A stretch of DNA of 64,000 nucleotides from the human T2T-CHM13v2.0 reference genome, Homo sapiens. The notes beneath the pieces were generated by a model that was not told the DNA's origin, did no database searches, and saw nothing but the letters and a program-made list of their open reading frames with translations. Below, piece by piece: positions 63,986 through 64,000 of the stretch. Position 1 is the stretch's first letter; each line of letters opens with the position of its first letter. Location: NCBI RefSeq assembly GCF_009914755.1, contig NC_060929.1. One strand, 5' to 3'. A program made the translations under genes and the position numbers.

Positions 63986-64000
63986 ACCCTTGCTACAATT

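Overview
Primate (almost certainly human, chr5p13.1 from recall) genomic DNA containing the complete DAB2 gene (DAB adaptor protein 2 / Disabled-2) on the minus strand. I reconstructed 15 exons by hand. Non-coding exon 1 lies in a CpG-rich promoter (~56.4-56.9 kb) and is followed by a ~30.5 kb intron 1. Coding exons 2-14 (ATG at 25834, TAA at 6531-6533) sum to 2313 nt = 770 aa plus stop, and the terminal exon is 3'UTR only (~3190-4937). The rest is intronic or intergenic, with Alus, L1 fragments, THE1/ERVL LTRs, MER DNA transposons, MIRs, a 5S rRNA pseudogene and a (CA)n repeat. Most ORFs in the supplied track are chance or Alu/L1 ORFs. I see no new multi-gene system. The best candidates for under-described biology concern RNA processing of DAB2: a decayed tandem duplicate of exon 9 that keeps its 3' splice site but carries a stop and has no donor; a GC-AG intron before a 27-nt microexon in a run of frame-symmetric exons; RBFOX/QKI motifs and a perfect hairpin around the p96-specific exon; a 22-bp pre-mRNA hairpin in intron 4; two uORFs; and tandem poly(A) sites that partition miRNA seed sites. 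There is also an inverted L1 with a short 3' transduction, a perfect DR4 element and a candidate antisense exon. Coordinates were counted manually, and repeat boundaries and subfamilies are approximate.
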